The position numbers were made by a program, and so were the translations under genes. Below are positions 47,305-58,511 of a stretch of 64,000 bases of DNA, one piece after another; within the stretch, counting starts at the first letter, position 1, and each line of letters opens with the position of its first letter. The stretch is taken from assembly GCA_963843375.1 (NCBI GenBank), contig CAWJKT010000001.1:224001-288000 (forward strand). The letters are read 5' to 3'. The notes under the pieces were generated by a model. The model did no database searches. It saw only the letters and a list, made by a program, of their open reading frames with translations, and was not told the origin of the DNA. The stretch is from an uncultured Pseudomonadota bacterium (GTDB lineage: Bacteria > Oederibacteriota > Muellerivitia > Muellerivitales > Muellerivitaceae).

Positions 47305-47985
47305 ATGCAAGATATTCCCTTTAATCTTTTCCTTGGTCCGATCATCCTGCGGCTTTTGACGACAGTCGTTCTCACGGGTGTTATCGGCTGGGATCGGGAG
47401 CGTTTTCGTAAACCCGCGGGATTACGCACGCATATCCTGGTCGGGCTCGGTTCGGCTTTGGCCATGCTGATTTCGATCCTGACAGGACCGGTGGTCAATG
47501 GTGAATACCAAGTGGATCCCCGGATTGCGCAAAACGTTTTGACCGGCATCGGTTTTTTGGGCGCCGGGACTATTTTGCATTTGAAAGAAGGACTTGTTTC
47601 TGGACTGACCACCGCTGCGACCCTTTGGGTGGCCGCGGTCATTGGATTGGCCGCTGGAGGGGGCTTTTATTCAGGCGCGTTTTTTACGACGGTTTTGGTC
47701 ATGTTGGTCCTTTATTTAATGAATTTGCTGGAAGACAAACTGGTGGACAACCTTTATCACAATTTGACTGTCCATGCTAAGATAACCGGCCATTTAACTG
47801 AAACTATCAAGGAAATTTTGCGAGACGACAATATCAAGATTATTCGGACGGAAACCCAGGTCGTGAGCCCTTCCGAAAAATATATAGTGATCCATTTCAA
47901 GCCGATTTCGGCGGCTTGGGGAAAATCCATTTCCCGAAAAGTGGAAAAGATTCCCGGTGTCAAAGAGGTCGTTTTTAATTCATGA
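47305..47985 (+). CDS. MgtC/SapB family membrane protein
   Basis: PAGLRTH, GIGFLGAG, GLTTAATLW; ACT-like C-terminal domain. Confidence 0.9.
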   Translation: MQDIPFNLFLGPIILRLLTTVVLTGVIGWDRERFRKPAGLRTHILVGLGSALAMLISILTGPVVNGEYQVDPRIAQNVLTGIGFLGAGTILHLKEGLVSGLTTAATLWVAAVIGLAAGGGFYSGAFFTTVLVMLVLYLMNLLEDKLVDNLYHNLTVHAKITGHLTETIKEILRDDNIKIIRTETQVVSPSEKYIVIHFKPISAAWGKSISRKVEKIPGVKEVVFNS

Positions 47986-49098
47986 GCGTATTACCAAAGA
48001 AGATAATCTATCCCCTGACACGCCCTTCAATGTTCCGCCTGCGCGGGAGCTTTCTGAAGCTCCTTTGGGCGCTTTGGGCAAGGGCGCACGGGAATTCAAA
48101 ATGGGGGACCTGACCCTGAACGGTCGAGTTTTCCTTGCCCCGATGGCGGGTTATACCGATACGGCTTTCCGCCGTTTGGCGCGGCGCTATGGGGCGGCTA
48201 TGGTGGTCACCGAAATGGTCAGTTCCCGGGCACTCATGGCAGGAAGCGACAAGACGGGTGATCTCATGGAATTCACTGAGCCCGAGCGTCCAGTGGGTGT
48301 CCAGCTTTTCGGCGGCGATCCCACCATCATGGGGGAAGCGGCGGCGAGGGTGGTCGAGGAGGTCAATCCCGACGTTATCGACATCAATTTTGGATGTCCT
48401 GTTGGAAAGATATTAAAGTGCGACGCTGGCGCGTCCGTATTGAAGGAACCTCAAAGGGCGGGGTGGATTGTGAAGGCCATGGTCGAGTCGACCGGCGGTA
48501 AGGTGCCCATTACAGTCAAGACGAGAGCGGGTTACGACTCCATGGACAACGCGGTGTTCGAACTGTTGCAGGCAGTAGAGGAGGCCGGGGCTTCGGCGCT
48601 CGCGATTCACGCCCGCACGCGCAACCAGATGTTCGAAGGAAAAGCGAACTGGGAAGTGATCAGCTCGGCTGAAGGAAAAAGCCAAAATCCCCATTATCGG
48701 CAACGGCGACGTGAAATCCGCTGAGGATGCCTATCGTTTATTTAAAGAAACCAATTGTGACGGCATCATGATCGGCCGGGGGAGCATGGGCGCCCCTTGG
48801 ATTTTTGAGGAGATCAACCATTACCTTGAAACGGGAAAACCGATGAAAGCGCCGGGTCTGAAGTTCCGATTCGGCGTTGCACTGGAACAATTGAAGTGCT
48901 CCATCGAAGTGAAGGGGCCCCGGATTGGGTTTGTTAGAAATGCGCAAACACCTGACTCACTACTTCAAGGGGTTCGAAGGCGCACGAGATATGCGGCAGA
49001 AATTGCTGACGTCAGACGATCCGGATTGGGTTTTAAAATCCTTGGAAGAGATCTATCAAAACATGCCGGAAGAAGATCCGGCTCTAGCGGTTGTCTAA
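47982..49098 (+). CDS. dusB: tRNA-dihydrouridine synthase B (frameshifts near 48665 and 48930; start uncertain)
   Basis: LAPMAG, DINFGCP, IHARTR, GNGDV, MIGRG, then EMRKHL...YFKG to TAA 49096-49098. Confidence 0.88.
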
Positions 49099-49714
49099 CT
49101 CTTTGTCATCTTTCCTCTATTCCACTGATGTGTCTGTCTTCCGTTGGATCAATGAAGGATGGTCATCCCCTTTCTTAGATGGCTTTTTTTCATTTGTCAC
49201 AGAAATCCGCCATTTTTGGATTTTGATAGCTACCTTACTGGTTTACTGGGTTTGGAAGGGCGGGAAGAAGGGCCGCTGGCTGGTCTTGGGCCTGGTCCTG
49301 GCCGTTTTTATTTCCGACCAAACCGCTAGCCACGTTATCAAAGGAATCTTTGAGCGGGTGAGGCCTTGCAACGCCCTGGACAATGTGCTCACTCCAATCG
49401 GGAAAAGCGGCTCTTTTTCCTTTCCCTCCAGCCATGCCGCCAATATGGGTTCATCCATGTTTCTTCTGTCTATGACTTTTAGGCCCTGGACCCGGCTTTT
49501 TGTCCTGATCGCCCTGTTGGTTGGATTGTCCCGAGTCTACCTGGGGCTTCATTATCCCTCGGATGTTTTAGGCGGTTATCTCCTCGGTCTTCTGATCGGT
49601 ATTGGGGTGTGGTATGGAATGGAAAAACTGAGGAAGCAGTTTGAAAAAAAAGCCGAACCTTCCCCGGGAGGTTCCAAGAAAGGTCCTCGAAAAAGTGTCC
49701 GAAAAAAGCGCTGA
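49091..49714 (+). CDS. PAP2-family phosphatase
   Basis: K-x6-RP, SFPSSH, SRVYLGLHYPSD. Confidence 0.92.
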   Translation: MSNSLSSFLYSTDVSVFRWINEGWSSPFLDGFFSFVTEIRHFWILIATLLVYWVWKGGKKGRWLVLGLVLAVFISDQTASHVIKGIFERVRPCNALDNVLTPIGKSGSFSFPSSHAANMGSSMFLLSMTFRPWTRLFVLIALLVGLSRVYLGLHYPSDVLGGYLLGLLIGIGVWYGMEKLRKQFEKKAEPSPGGSKKGPRKSVRKKR

Positions 49715-50624
49715 AAAGAACGCCATTCAACCCTCCACCCTTTACTTGGTGGCCACACCTATTGGGAATCTTGACGATATGACATTCCGGGCTCTGAAGG
49801 TTTTGAAGGAAGCCACCTTGGTAGCCGCCGAGGATACGCGCAACACGCTTAAGCTTCTCACCCATTTCGGGATCAAGCCCGCCAAGCTGATTTCTTGTTT
49901 CGAACATAATGAAATCAAGCGCGGGGAGGAGATTTTAAGCGCCCTCTCCCAAGGTGGGTCGGTGGCCCTGGTGACCGACGCGGGTATGCCGGGAATTTCA
50001 GACCCCGGATTCCAGGTAGTGAAAGCGGTGGTAGAAAAGGGATTTTCAGTGGTACCCGTACCGGGTGCTTCGGCTCTTTTAGCGGCCCTACCGGCTTCCG
50101 GTTTTCCAGCCACTCCTTTTACCTTCCTGGGTTTTCTGCCCGCTAAGGCGATGGAACGGCAAAAAGCCCTGCTCCAATTAAAAACACAGGAACATACATT
50201 GGTTTTTTTTGAATCCCCCCACCGGCTGCGCAACAGTCTGAAAGACATGATGAACGTGTTCGGAAACCGCCAGGGGGTCGTGGGAAGGGAATTGACCAAA
50301 TTGCACGAGGAATTTATTCGGGGCAACCTTCAAGAGCTTTGGAAACATTTCAAGACGGTGGAACCCAAGGGAGAGTTCGTTGTGATGGTGGAGGGATCGG
50401 AACATGTGGACCGTTCCTTACAGGAAAAATGGGTAGGAGTCTCCATTGCCGACCAGTTGGTCCAATTGATGAAAGAACAAAACCTCTCTAAAACTGAGGC
50501 GGTCAAGGCGGTTTGTAAACTCAGGGATATGCCAAGGGAAGTGGTCTATCAAATTGCCACCCAGATCAAATGGGAAGAGGTGGGTTTGGGCGAATCGATG
50601 GACCAGGACGAGGGATTGGACTAG
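49696..50624 (+). CDS. rsmI: 16S rRNA C1402 2'-O-methyltransferase
   Basis: LYLVATPIGNL, AEDTR, DAGMPGISDPG, FESPHR, RELTKLHEE; start approximate. Confidence 0.95.
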
Positions 50625-50640
50625 GATTCTTGTTTATTCT

Positions 50641-51360
50641 ATGTTGGCGGGTATTAGGGAATTGAAAATCAAAAAAATTTTTATTGGATTGTCCCTCAAG
50701 ATTTTTTCGGGCATTCTTTTGGTCTGGCTTTCGATCGCCATGGCTTGCGTCCTGGGGCCGGCTTTCTTGAGGGTACCCTGGACTTCCCTTGGAACTATTG
50801 TTTTTCTCGCCTGTTTCTTGGCCTATTTCCTGATACATTTTCTATTCTATAAACCAGTATTGAGCCATGTGATGGCCCATGAACTGACTCATGCGCTCGC
50901 TGCCATGCTCATGGGAGGAAAAGTCACTTCCATCCAGGCTTCCCGGTCCGGTGGGACGACTGTGGTCAACAAGTCCCATGTCTTTATCAGTTTAGCCCCC
51001 TATATCTTTCCTTTTTACACGGCGATTACATTGGGGATTTACCTTATTGCGGCCCAGCCTTTCAAGATTTACCTACTTGGACTCATTGGCTTCACCTATG
51101 CCTTCCATTTGGCCCTGACGGTTTGGTCCCTTTCGAACCACCAACCCGATCTTAAGGAAGGCGGCGTGGTGTTCTCCTTGATTTTCATTTTCGCCGGAAA
51201 TATGATTGTCTCAATGCTCTTGTTCTCCCTCGTTTGGCCGCAGATTTTGCCGTTGCCGATAGCCTTTTCCGAGACACTCCGATGGGCGTGGCATTTCGCC
51301 CAATCGGCGGTTCAATTTTTAAAATTTCATCTTTTCCGCCCGGAGGGCACCCCCACATGA
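50641..51360 (+). CDS. M50-like membrane metallopeptidase
   Basis: HELTH zinc motif in a multi-TM protein, ISLAPY, QPDL. Confidence 0.65.
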   Translation: MLAGIRELKIKKIFIGLSLKIFSGILLVWLSIAMACVLGPAFLRVPWTSLGTIVFLACFLAYFLIHFLFYKPVLSHVMAHELTHALAAMLMGGKVTSIQASRSGGTTVVNKSHVFISLAPYIFPFYTAITLGIYLIAAQPFKIYLLGLIGFTYAFHLALTVWSLSNHQPDLKEGGVVFSLIFIFAGNMIVSMLLFSLVWPQILPLPIAFSETLRWAWHFAQSAVQFLKFHLFRPEGTPT

Positions 51361-52682
51361 AAAAAACTTTCGTGCTGGATACCAATGTGCTTATCCACAA
51401 TCCCCATGCCTTGGAGTCCTTCGAGGACAACACTGTCGTCATTCCCTTGGGCGTGATCGAGGAACTGGATACCTTTAAAAAGTACGAGGATGAACGGGGT
51501 CGCAACGCCCGAGAAGTAGCCCGCATGCTGGATTCCTTGAGGGCGAAGGGTAAGCTGCAGGAAGGGGTACCCCTGCCCAATGGAGGTGTCTTGCGGGTGG
51601 ATATCAGCCAGCCCAACGGACACTTACCCGAAGCCCTTTCCCATATGAAGATCGATAACAACATCATCGGGATCGCCATTTCCCTGAAGGAAAAGGGCGA
51701 AAACGTAAAGTTCATCACCAAGGACATCAACGTCCGGATCAAGGCCGATGCGCTGGGTGTGGTTTCGGAGGATTACGAGACCAACAAGATCAATATCGAC
51801 GAACTCTATCCTGGCTGGGCCACCGTAGGGGTGCGCGATGCCCAGATCGATGATTTTTATAAAAGCGGAAAACTTTCCCTAAAGGATTTCACTGAAAGAC
51901 CCCTTTATGAAAATGAATTTTTGCTTTTGAAGAGCGACATTCACGATGGAAAAACGGCCTTGGGGATTTACCGGGATTCAACGAAAGAGGCGCAATCCCT
52001 TTGGTTCAAGGAACCGGAGGCCTGGGGTATTCGACATCTCAACCGAGAACAGCTTTTCGCCTTGAACCTTCTTCTGAATGATCGCATTCCTATGGTGACT
52101 TTGGTGGGGTCGGCGGGCACCGGAAAAACCCTCTTGGCCCTTGCGGCGGGCCTTTTGAAAACCTTGGACGAAAAGAAATATCGGCGGGTACTGGTTTCCC
52201 GGCCCATCGTCCCGATGGGGAAAGATATTGGCTATCTGCCTGGAACCAAGGACGAGAAATTGATGAACTGGATGCAGCCTATCTTCGACAACCTGGAATT
52301 CATCCTCGATAAAGGCCATTTGCAAAGCGATACGGAAGAAGTGGATGATAAAGTCCAATATTTGCTGGATTCCCATAAGTTGGAGATGGAAGCCCTTACC
52401 TATATTCGGGGACGGTCGATCCCCAAACAATTCATGATCGTGGACGAGGCTCAAAACCTGACTCCCCATGAAATTAAAACAATCGTTTCCCGGGCCGGTG
52501 TGGGAACCAAGATCATTTTGACTGGCGACCCTTACCAGATCGACAACCCTTACCTTGATGCTTCCTCCAACGGTATTGTTTACTTGGCCGAGCGCTTCAA
52601 AGGGAACGAGATGTTCGGGCATATCACCCTCTCCAAGAGCGAGCGTTCGCCGCTGGCGGCGCTGGCCGCGAAAGCCCTTTAA
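51357..52682 (+). CDS. PIN-PhoH protein (PhoH2/YlaK/YbeZ-like)
   Basis: VLDTNVL PIN domain, GSAGTGKT, YIRGRS, DEAQN, GDPYQID. Confidence 0.92.
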   Translation: MKKTFVLDTNVLIHNPHALESFEDNTVVIPLGVIEELDTFKKYEDERGRNAREVARMLDSLRAKGKLQEGVPLPNGGVLRVDISQPNGHLPEALSHMKIDNNIIGIAISLKEKGENVKFITKDINVRIKADALGVVSEDYETNKINIDELYPGWATVGVRDAQIDDFYKSGKLSLKDFTERPLYENEFLLLKSDIHDGKTALGIYRDSTKEAQSLWFKEPEAWGIRHLNREQLFALNLLLNDRIPMVTLVGSAGTGKTLLALAAGLLKTLDEKKYRRVLVSRPIVPMGKDIGYLPGTKDEKLMNWMQPIFDNLEFILDKGHLQSDTEEVDDKVQYLLDSHKLEMEALTYIRGRSIPKQFMIVDEAQNLTPHEIKTIVSRAGVGTKIILTGDPYQIDNPYLDASSNGIVYLAERFKGNEMFGHITLSKSERSPLAALAAKAL

Positions 52683-52697
52683 ATTAAAAGGATCTCC

Positions 52698-53699
52698 TTG
52701 TTTAAAACGGCTCCCCAAAAACTTATCGCCATTACCCTTGGTGATCCCGCGGGGATCGGGGGGGAAGTGGCATTAAAAGCTCTTTCCATCATCGGAGCTA
52801 AATCGAGATCAAAGTACGTTCTATTAGGCGACTACAAGCATTGGGTTTCGCTTGCAAAGAAACTGAAGATCCGATTTCCACTTGTTTGGGTGAATGACGC
52901 CGAATTAGGCCGGGAAATCAAAAGGGGTGTTGCGGTTTTGGACATGGGCGGGGTGAAAAAACTACAATGGGGGAAAATATCCGCCGCCAATGGGGCTGCT
53001 GCGGTGCGGTACGTTTCGGAAGGAGCTCGGTTGACCCTGGCGGGCGATGTGGATGCACTTGTAACTGCACCCATCCATAAAGAAGCCATTCATAAAGCGG
53101 GATGTCCATTTCCAGGGCACACGGAACTTCTGGCCACTCTTTCTAATACCCGGTCGTTCGCCATGATGATGGTGGGAGGGCCCTTTCGGATTGTCCTGCA
53201 ATCCATCCATGTGTCGCTTGAAAAGTCGCTTTTAAGTGTCAAAAATGCTTTGGTTTGGGAGAAGCTGGAATTGACCCACAAAACCCTTCGGCATTGGTTT
53301 GGAATTCCTAAACCCCGCATCGCTGTGGCGGGAGTAAATCCTCATGCGGGAGAGAACGGCGCTTTTGGAAAAGAAGAAATCAAGGTTTTGAAACCGGTAA
53401 TCGAAATGGCAAGGAAAAAGGGTTGGGACGTAACGGGTCCCCACCCCCCCGACACGCTTTTTTATTGGGCCAGCCAAAAGCCCTATGACGCGATCCTTTG
53501 CATGTACCACGATCAAGGTCTTATACCCCTGAAACTGACGGCTTTCGACAGCGGGGTGAACCTGACTCTGGGGTTGCCTTTCGTTCGGACCTCCCCCGAT
53601 CACGGGACGGCTTTCGATATCGCGGGAAGGGGAAAGGCCCGACCGGATAGCATGATCTCAGCTATCCGACTGGCGGAGTCCCTGGCTCAAAAATCCTGA
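52698..53699 (+). CDS. pdxA: 4-hydroxythreonine-4-phosphate dehydrogenase
   Basis: GDPAGIG, GHTE, NPHAGE, MYHDQG, RTSPDHGTA. Confidence 0.95.
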   Translation: MFKTAPQKLIAITLGDPAGIGGEVALKALSIIGAKSRSKYVLLGDYKHWVSLAKKLKIRFPLVWVNDAELGREIKRGVAVLDMGGVKKLQWGKISAANGAAAVRYVSEGARLTLAGDVDALVTAPIHKEAIHKAGCPFPGHTELLATLSNTRSFAMMMVGGPFRIVLQSIHVSLEKSLLSVKNALVWEKLELTHKTLRHWFGIPKPRIAVAGVNPHAGENGAFGKEEIKVLKPVIEMARKKGWDVTGPHPPDTLFYWASQKPYDAILCMYHDQGLIPLKLTAFDSGVNLTLGLPFVRTSPDHGTAFDIAGRGKARPDSMISAIRLAESLAQKS

Positions 53700-54526
53700 T
53701 GGATTCCATTTCCGATCTCTTCAAAGAATTTTCCTATCGGCCCCGCAAAACCGCCGGACAAAATTTTCTTACCGATTCCAAAATTCTCGACCAAATCGAC
53801 CAGGTAATCCAATGCCCGACTGGCGATGTTCTGTTGGAAGTAGGCGGTGGCTACGGGGTTTTGACCGCGCGGTTGGCGAAAAAGGGAGCGCTTCTGACGG
53901 TAGTGGAAGTGGACCATAAATTATTCGCCATGCTGGAAAGAAAGTTCCAAAACACGCCCGGGATGGGTTTGGTAAAAGCCGATATTCTGAAACTGGATTT
54001 GAAACTTTTCGCCCCGCCGGAGCCCGCCCGCCTGGTCGTGGCGGGGAATATACCCTATTACCTAACCTCACCGCTTATTACGCGAATCTTAACCCAATAT
54101 AATTCGATCGTTCGCAGGATTTATCTCATGGTCCAAAAGGAGGTCGCCGAGCGGCTGGTGGCCAGACCTGGGACTAAGGCCTATGGGGCGCTAACTCTAT
54201 GCGCGCAGTTTTATAGCAAACCGCGTAAATTATTGGATGTACCCGCCCGCAGTTTTAAGCCAAAGCCCAAGGTGGATTCAGCCTTTATCGAGTTGGAAAT
54301 AAAGCAGACCCTCCCTCTTTCGGAAGTTGAGGAGAAGCATTTTTTCGCCCTAGTGCGGGCGATCTTCCAAACGCGGCGCAAGATGCTTTCCAATTCACTT
54401 AAGTCCATGGGCAAACCCGCCGAAAAGGTTCTGGAGGCCCTTGAAAGAACTTCCATTGATCCTCAGATTCGTGGAGAAGAACTGGGTTTGGAAAAGCTCA
54501 TGGAGCTTTCAAAAGCTCTTGAATAA
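53699..54526 (+). CDS. rsmA: 16S rRNA dimethyladenosine transferase
   Basis: GQNFL, GNIPYYLT, MVQKEVAER, PKPKVDS; pdxA-rsmA order. Confidence 0.95.
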   Translation: MDSISDLFKEFSYRPRKTAGQNFLTDSKILDQIDQVIQCPTGDVLLEVGGGYGVLTARLAKKGALLTVVEVDHKLFAMLERKFQNTPGMGLVKADILKLDLKLFAPPEPARLVVAGNIPYYLTSPLITRILTQYNSIVRRIYLMVQKEVAERLVARPGTKAYGALTLCAQFYSKPRKLLDVPARSFKPKPKVDSAFIELEIKQTLPLSEVEEKHFFALVRAIFQTRRKMLSNSLKSMGKPAEKVLEALERTSIDPQIRGEELGLEKLMELSKALE

Positions 54527-54595
54527 GAACTCTTTTATGGGCCTAAGGGGCATGCTAATATGCGGCCTTCTTAATGATTTTGACTCGAGGTTTTT

Positions 54596-56446
54596 ATGTG
54601 CGGCATAGTTGGATATACAGGCCCCAAATCGGCGGCCCCACTACTGATCAGCGGTTTGGCGAAGCTGGAATACCGGGGTTATGATTCGGCGGGTCTGGCC
54701 CTTTTAACACCGGGTAAGCGGCTTGAGATCATCAAAAAAGCCGGCAAGATACACAATCTGGTTTTTGCGGTGAAGCAGGCCCACGTGCCTTCCACCATCA
54801 CCTGCGGGATTGGCCATACCCGTTGGGCCACCCATGGACATCCCACAGATCAGAACGCCCATCCTCATACGGATTGTTCAGGCAACATCGCGGTCGTTCA
54901 TAATGGCATCGTCGAAAACTATCAAAAGTTGAAAAAACAATTACAAGACAAAGGGCACCGCTTCAAATCCCAGACTGACTCGGAAGTGCTGGCCCATTTG
55001 ATGGAAGAAGGCCTCAAGAAGCGTTCCTGGCGGGAAGCGGTGCGTTGGGCCCTGGAACAGATCGAAGGGACCTATTCGGTGGTGGCGGTTTACGAGGGGG
55101 AACCCCATACCCTCATCGGAGCCCGTTCCGGCGGTGGAGGTTTGGTAGTTGGCTTGGGTAAAGGTGAGAATCTTTTGGCTTCTGATGTTCCGGCTCTTTT
55201 GGCCCATACCCGGCGGGTCTTCTACTTGGAAGACAACGAAATGGTCACGATCAGGACCGACGGGGTCGAACTCATCGGAGTTCTCGATGGAAAAATTCAT
55301 CATCCAAAGATATCCGAAATCGAGTGGAGCCCCGAACAAGCGGAAAAGGGTGGTTATCCCCACTTCATGCTGAAGGAAATCATGGAACAGCCCCGGGCCA
55401 TGGAAGACACGTTCACAAGCCGCTTGGACCCCCGAACCGGGGAGGTGGCCCTGGAAGGCAAGTTTTGGGACTCACCTTACTTGAAGCGATTCAAAAAAAT
55501 CACGATTTTAGCCATGGGCACCTCTTATTACGCGGCGCTGGTGGGAAAGTTCCTTCTTGAAAAATATCTTCGCATTCCGGTGGATGTGGATAACGCCTCG
55601 GAGTTTCGTTACCGCGACCCTATTATCGGAAGAGACACCTTAGCTATTGTGGTTTCACAAAGCGGTGAAACCGTTGATACGTTGGTGGCTCTCCGGGAGG
55701 CTAAATCCAAGGGCGCCAAGGTGGCGGTCATTTGCAACGTTATGGGAAGTTCGGCCACTCGGGAAGCCGATGGGGTACTTCTAACAAGAGCGGGCCCGGA
55801 AATTGGCGTGGCCTCCACAAAGGCATTTACCACCCAATTGGGGGCTTTCTGGCTTTTGGCGCTTCATTTAGCGGGCATGCGCAAAACCTTGCCGCCTGCC
55901 GATCTGAAAAGGAAAGCCAAGCTCCTTTCACATATTCCGCAATTGATGTCTTCGGTTTTGAAACAATCTAAATATCTTGCGAAAATATCCCGGAATTATT
56001 CCCACTATTTTAACTTTTTGTATATTGGGCGGGGCATCCATTATCCCATTGCCTTAGAGGGAGCCTTGAAATTGAAGGAAATATCGTACATCCATGCCGA
56101 AGGTTATCCCGGTGGGGAAATGAAACATGGGCCAATCGCTTTGATCGACGCCAAGATGCCAGTGGTGGCCCTCGCTCTGAAATCCTCAAGTGTTTATGAA
56201 AAAATGTTGAATAACATTGAAGAAGTGAAGGCCCGAGACGGAAAATTGATTGCTCTCGTCGAAAAAGGCGACAAAATCGCGATTCGTAAGGCGGATGCAG
56301 TGATTGAAATCCCCGCTGTGGAGGAGGATCTTTCTCCCATGCTTTCCATCTTGCCCCTTCAGATTTTGGCTTATGAAATAGCCAAATATAAGGGCCGAGA
56401 GATCGATCAGCCGCGAAATCTTGCGAAAAGTGTGACGGTTGAATAA
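54596..56446 (+). CDS. glmS: Glutamine--fructose-6-phosphate aminotransferase
   Basis: MCGIVG, GHTRWATHG, SQSGET, PRNLAKSVTVE. Confidence 0.97.
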   Translation: MCGIVGYTGPKSAAPLLISGLAKLEYRGYDSAGLALLTPGKRLEIIKKAGKIHNLVFAVKQAHVPSTITCGIGHTRWATHGHPTDQNAHPHTDCSGNIAVVHNGIVENYQKLKKQLQDKGHRFKSQTDSEVLAHLMEEGLKKRSWREAVRWALEQIEGTYSVVAVYEGEPHTLIGARSGGGGLVVGLGKGENLLASDVPALLAHTRRVFYLEDNEMVTIRTDGVELIGVLDGKIHHPKISEIEWSPEQAEKGGYPHFMLKEIMEQPRAMEDTFTSRLDPRTGEVALEGKFWDSPYLKRFKKITILAMGTSYYAALVGKFLLEKYLRIPVDVDNASEFRYRDPIIGRDTLAIVVSQSGETVDTLVALREAKSKGAKVAVICNVMGSSATREADGVLLTRAGPEIGVASTKAFTTQLGAFWLLALHLAGMRKTLPPADLKRKAKLLSHIPQLMSSVLKQSKYLAKISRNYSHYFNFLYIGRGIHYPIALEGALKLKEISYIHAEGYPGGEMKHGPIALIDAKMPVVALALKSSSVYEKMLNNIEEVKARDGKLIALVEKGDKIAIRKADAVIEIPAVEEDLSPMLSILPLQILAYEIAKYKGREIDQPRNLAKSVTVE

Positions 56447-56597
56447 ATTCAAGGATCCATTTGATTCTTCGTGTTTTCTATTTGTTTTTAAAGTCCCTTG
56501 ATAATCAAGTTTTGATCGTTTTCCACCACTCTTTGATGGTCATGTAATAAAGCCCCATCCTGTGGGGTTATTTCAGCTATACCGACCTTTTTTCGGC

Positions 56598-56626
56598 TTG
56601 ACGCCTTTAACCCCCCCCTTTATAGT
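56598..56626 (+). promoter_or_regulatory. Sigma70-like promoter of the porin-like gene
   Basis: TTGACG-17 bp-TATAGT. Confidence 0.65.
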
Positions 56627-56632
56627 CTTGTC

Positions 56633-56914
56633 AATTGTGTTGGGCCCTGATTTTGATGTTTTTGGCCTAAGATCGGGGAGGTTGCTAAGGTTTCGCTTCA
56701 AAGGCGGGGCTTAAGCTCTTCGACGCAGGCGGTTCGTGACCACGTCCGTTTGTTTGTTGGAGATTCATCGGGAATGGCGCTTTTTTGGGAAGCGGTCCAG
56801 GCTCGAAATGTACTTCGGTTGCTGGGCTCGAAAGGGCCCCGGAGCAGTTTAGTTCGGGTGCGGCACTCTTCCCTGAGGAGTGCCACCCCTAAAAAAGCTT
56901 AAGGAGAGAGAAGC
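56633..56914 (+). ncRNA. Candidate long structured 5' leader with six hairpins
   Basis: Tandem G-U-rich stems at 56645-56678, 56686-56713, 56717-56763, 56768-56806, 56818-56848 and 56856-56888; AAGGAG RBS at 56901. Confidence 0.5.
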
Positions 56915-58498
56915 ATGAAGAAAGCATTAGCCTTGTTGTTTGTTGGCTTTATGGTTTTGGGTGCGAATTGGGCGATGGCCGATTCGCGTACCGATTCCTT
57001 GGGATTGACCGCGGGTCAGCAAATTGACGACCTGGATTCGATTTGGCTTTTCCCACAGAATGCGGCCGATTTTGGGAATGTGGTGGATAACCGGTTCGGA
57101 ACCAGCGCTAATTCGGGGGTTTTGACGCCCGATAATGATTGGTTCGGAATCATCGACCAAGAATGGCCGGATTTGGGTTATATCGGAGCTTATACCAAGA
57201 GGCCTTTTAACGACTCCAACGGAATTGTTCCGGCCTTTGCCCCGGAAAACCAATTCGGAATTTTCAATTACATTGGCGGCAGTTGGAATAACGCCTTGGA
57301 CCCCCTAGCTGCGGGCGGCGCGCAGATTACTACTCACGTCGGTGCTGCGGCTTTTACCGCAGTCCCACTGATTCTTCCCATTGCCGATCCCGAGAACAAG
57401 CTGGATGCCTTCTGGGCACAGAAATACAGCGATGTTAATTTGGGTATCCACGTCAACTACGCCAGCCAGAGCGTTAGCGAATACGCTGCCGTAGGTTATG
57501 TGAACCCTCCTGCCGGCGGGACGCTGCTCAACGAAAACGAGGTTGGTGGGGATCAAGTCCTCGGCCTTGACTTGGGACTTGGAGTGAAAAATTTCATTCT
57601 CTGGGATAGTTTTAACGTAGCTGTGGGTTATTCCATGGGTTCAGTTAACTACGGTATACAAGATAACGCAGAAAACAGCACCCAAAATGGAACCCAGAAC
57701 GAGATTAATTTTCAGGAAAAGGATCACGGCATCAGTGAGTTCAGGATTAATGCCCTGGGCGTGTCGAAGATTTCCGACACCACCAACGGCCGCCTGTACT
57801 TGAATATCCGGTTGGATAGCCTAGGAGTGGATAGCACTCTGACGGAGACGGCTGACAATGGGACCCTGGAAACAGCTGCGGGCGACCAGTTTGCCCAGAC
57901 CAACACTTATACCGACACCAATATCAACATCGGATATGCCCTCAACCATAAGGTGGGCGACGGCAAGGCCATGGTGATCGCCAGCTTGACCGGTATTTTT
58001 GACGATCGCAAGTGGACCGCGACGGATCTCGAAAACGCTGGGGGCAGCTCCACTGCCAATCAAGTGGAAGACACTTCAGGCGAGACCGTGGAAGAAACCG
58101 CTTTGGTGATTCCTTTAAACGTGGCCTTCGAAGCGCCATTGTTCGATTGGATGAAGTTCCGGATGGGTGTTTATAAGAACATCTTCCAAACCCTCACCGA
58201 CAAGATCGTCATGCCGACGGATGTGAACGGAGCGGGCACGGGCTACCAGAGCGATGATACTGGCGCGGAGACCGTAGATGCGGTCGCTGGCATCAGTACT
58301 TTCATGGGAGTGGGGATGAATTTCAGCAACTTCACCCTGGACTTCCAGTTGAACCCCACCAATTTGTTGACAGCACTTAATGGCGCGGCTCCCGGTGACG
58401 GAATCCTTTACGGACAAAGCACCTCTGGCCAAAACGCCTCAATCATCAACGACTTGTGGACGTCTATCGCGCAATTAGATATGCGCTACGCTTTCTAA
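56915..58498 (+). CDS. Putative major outer-membrane beta-barrel (porin-like) protein
   Basis: Sec signal ending AMA|D, alternating amphipathic strands (LGLDLGLGV, FNVAVGYS, INIGYALN), terminal DMRYAF beta-signal; own promoter, RBS and terminator. Confidence 0.7.
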   Translation: MKKALALLFVGFMVLGANWAMADSRTDSLGLTAGQQIDDLDSIWLFPQNAADFGNVVDNRFGTSANSGVLTPDNDWFGIIDQEWPDLGYIGAYTKRPFNDSNGIVPAFAPENQFGIFNYIGGSWNNALDPLAAGGAQITTHVGAAAFTAVPLILPIADPENKLDAFWAQKYSDVNLGIHVNYASQSVSEYAAVGYVNPPAGGTLLNENEVGGDQVLGLDLGLGVKNFILWDSFNVAVGYSMGSVNYGIQDNAENSTQNGTQNEINFQEKDHGISEFRINALGVSKISDTTNGRLYLNIRLDSLGVDSTLTETADNGTLETAAGDQFAQTNTYTDTNINIGYALNHKVGDGKAMVIASLTGIFDDRKWTATDLENAGGSSTANQVEDTSGETVEETALVIPLNVAFEAPLFDWMKFRMGVYKNIFQTLTDKIVMPTDVNGAGTGYQSDDTGAETVDAVAGISTFMGVGMNFSNFTLDFQLNPTNLLTALNGAAPGDGILYGQSTSGQNASIINDLWTSIAQLDMRYAF

Positions 58499-58511
58499 GA
58501 TTGTGTAGAAT

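Noticed and set aside
51391..51399. Perfect DnaA box TTATCCACA
   Set aside because: Single copy within a coding sequence; no cluster.
54527..54595. glmS ribozyme
   Set aside because: The gap is only 69 bp and lacks the recognisable core.
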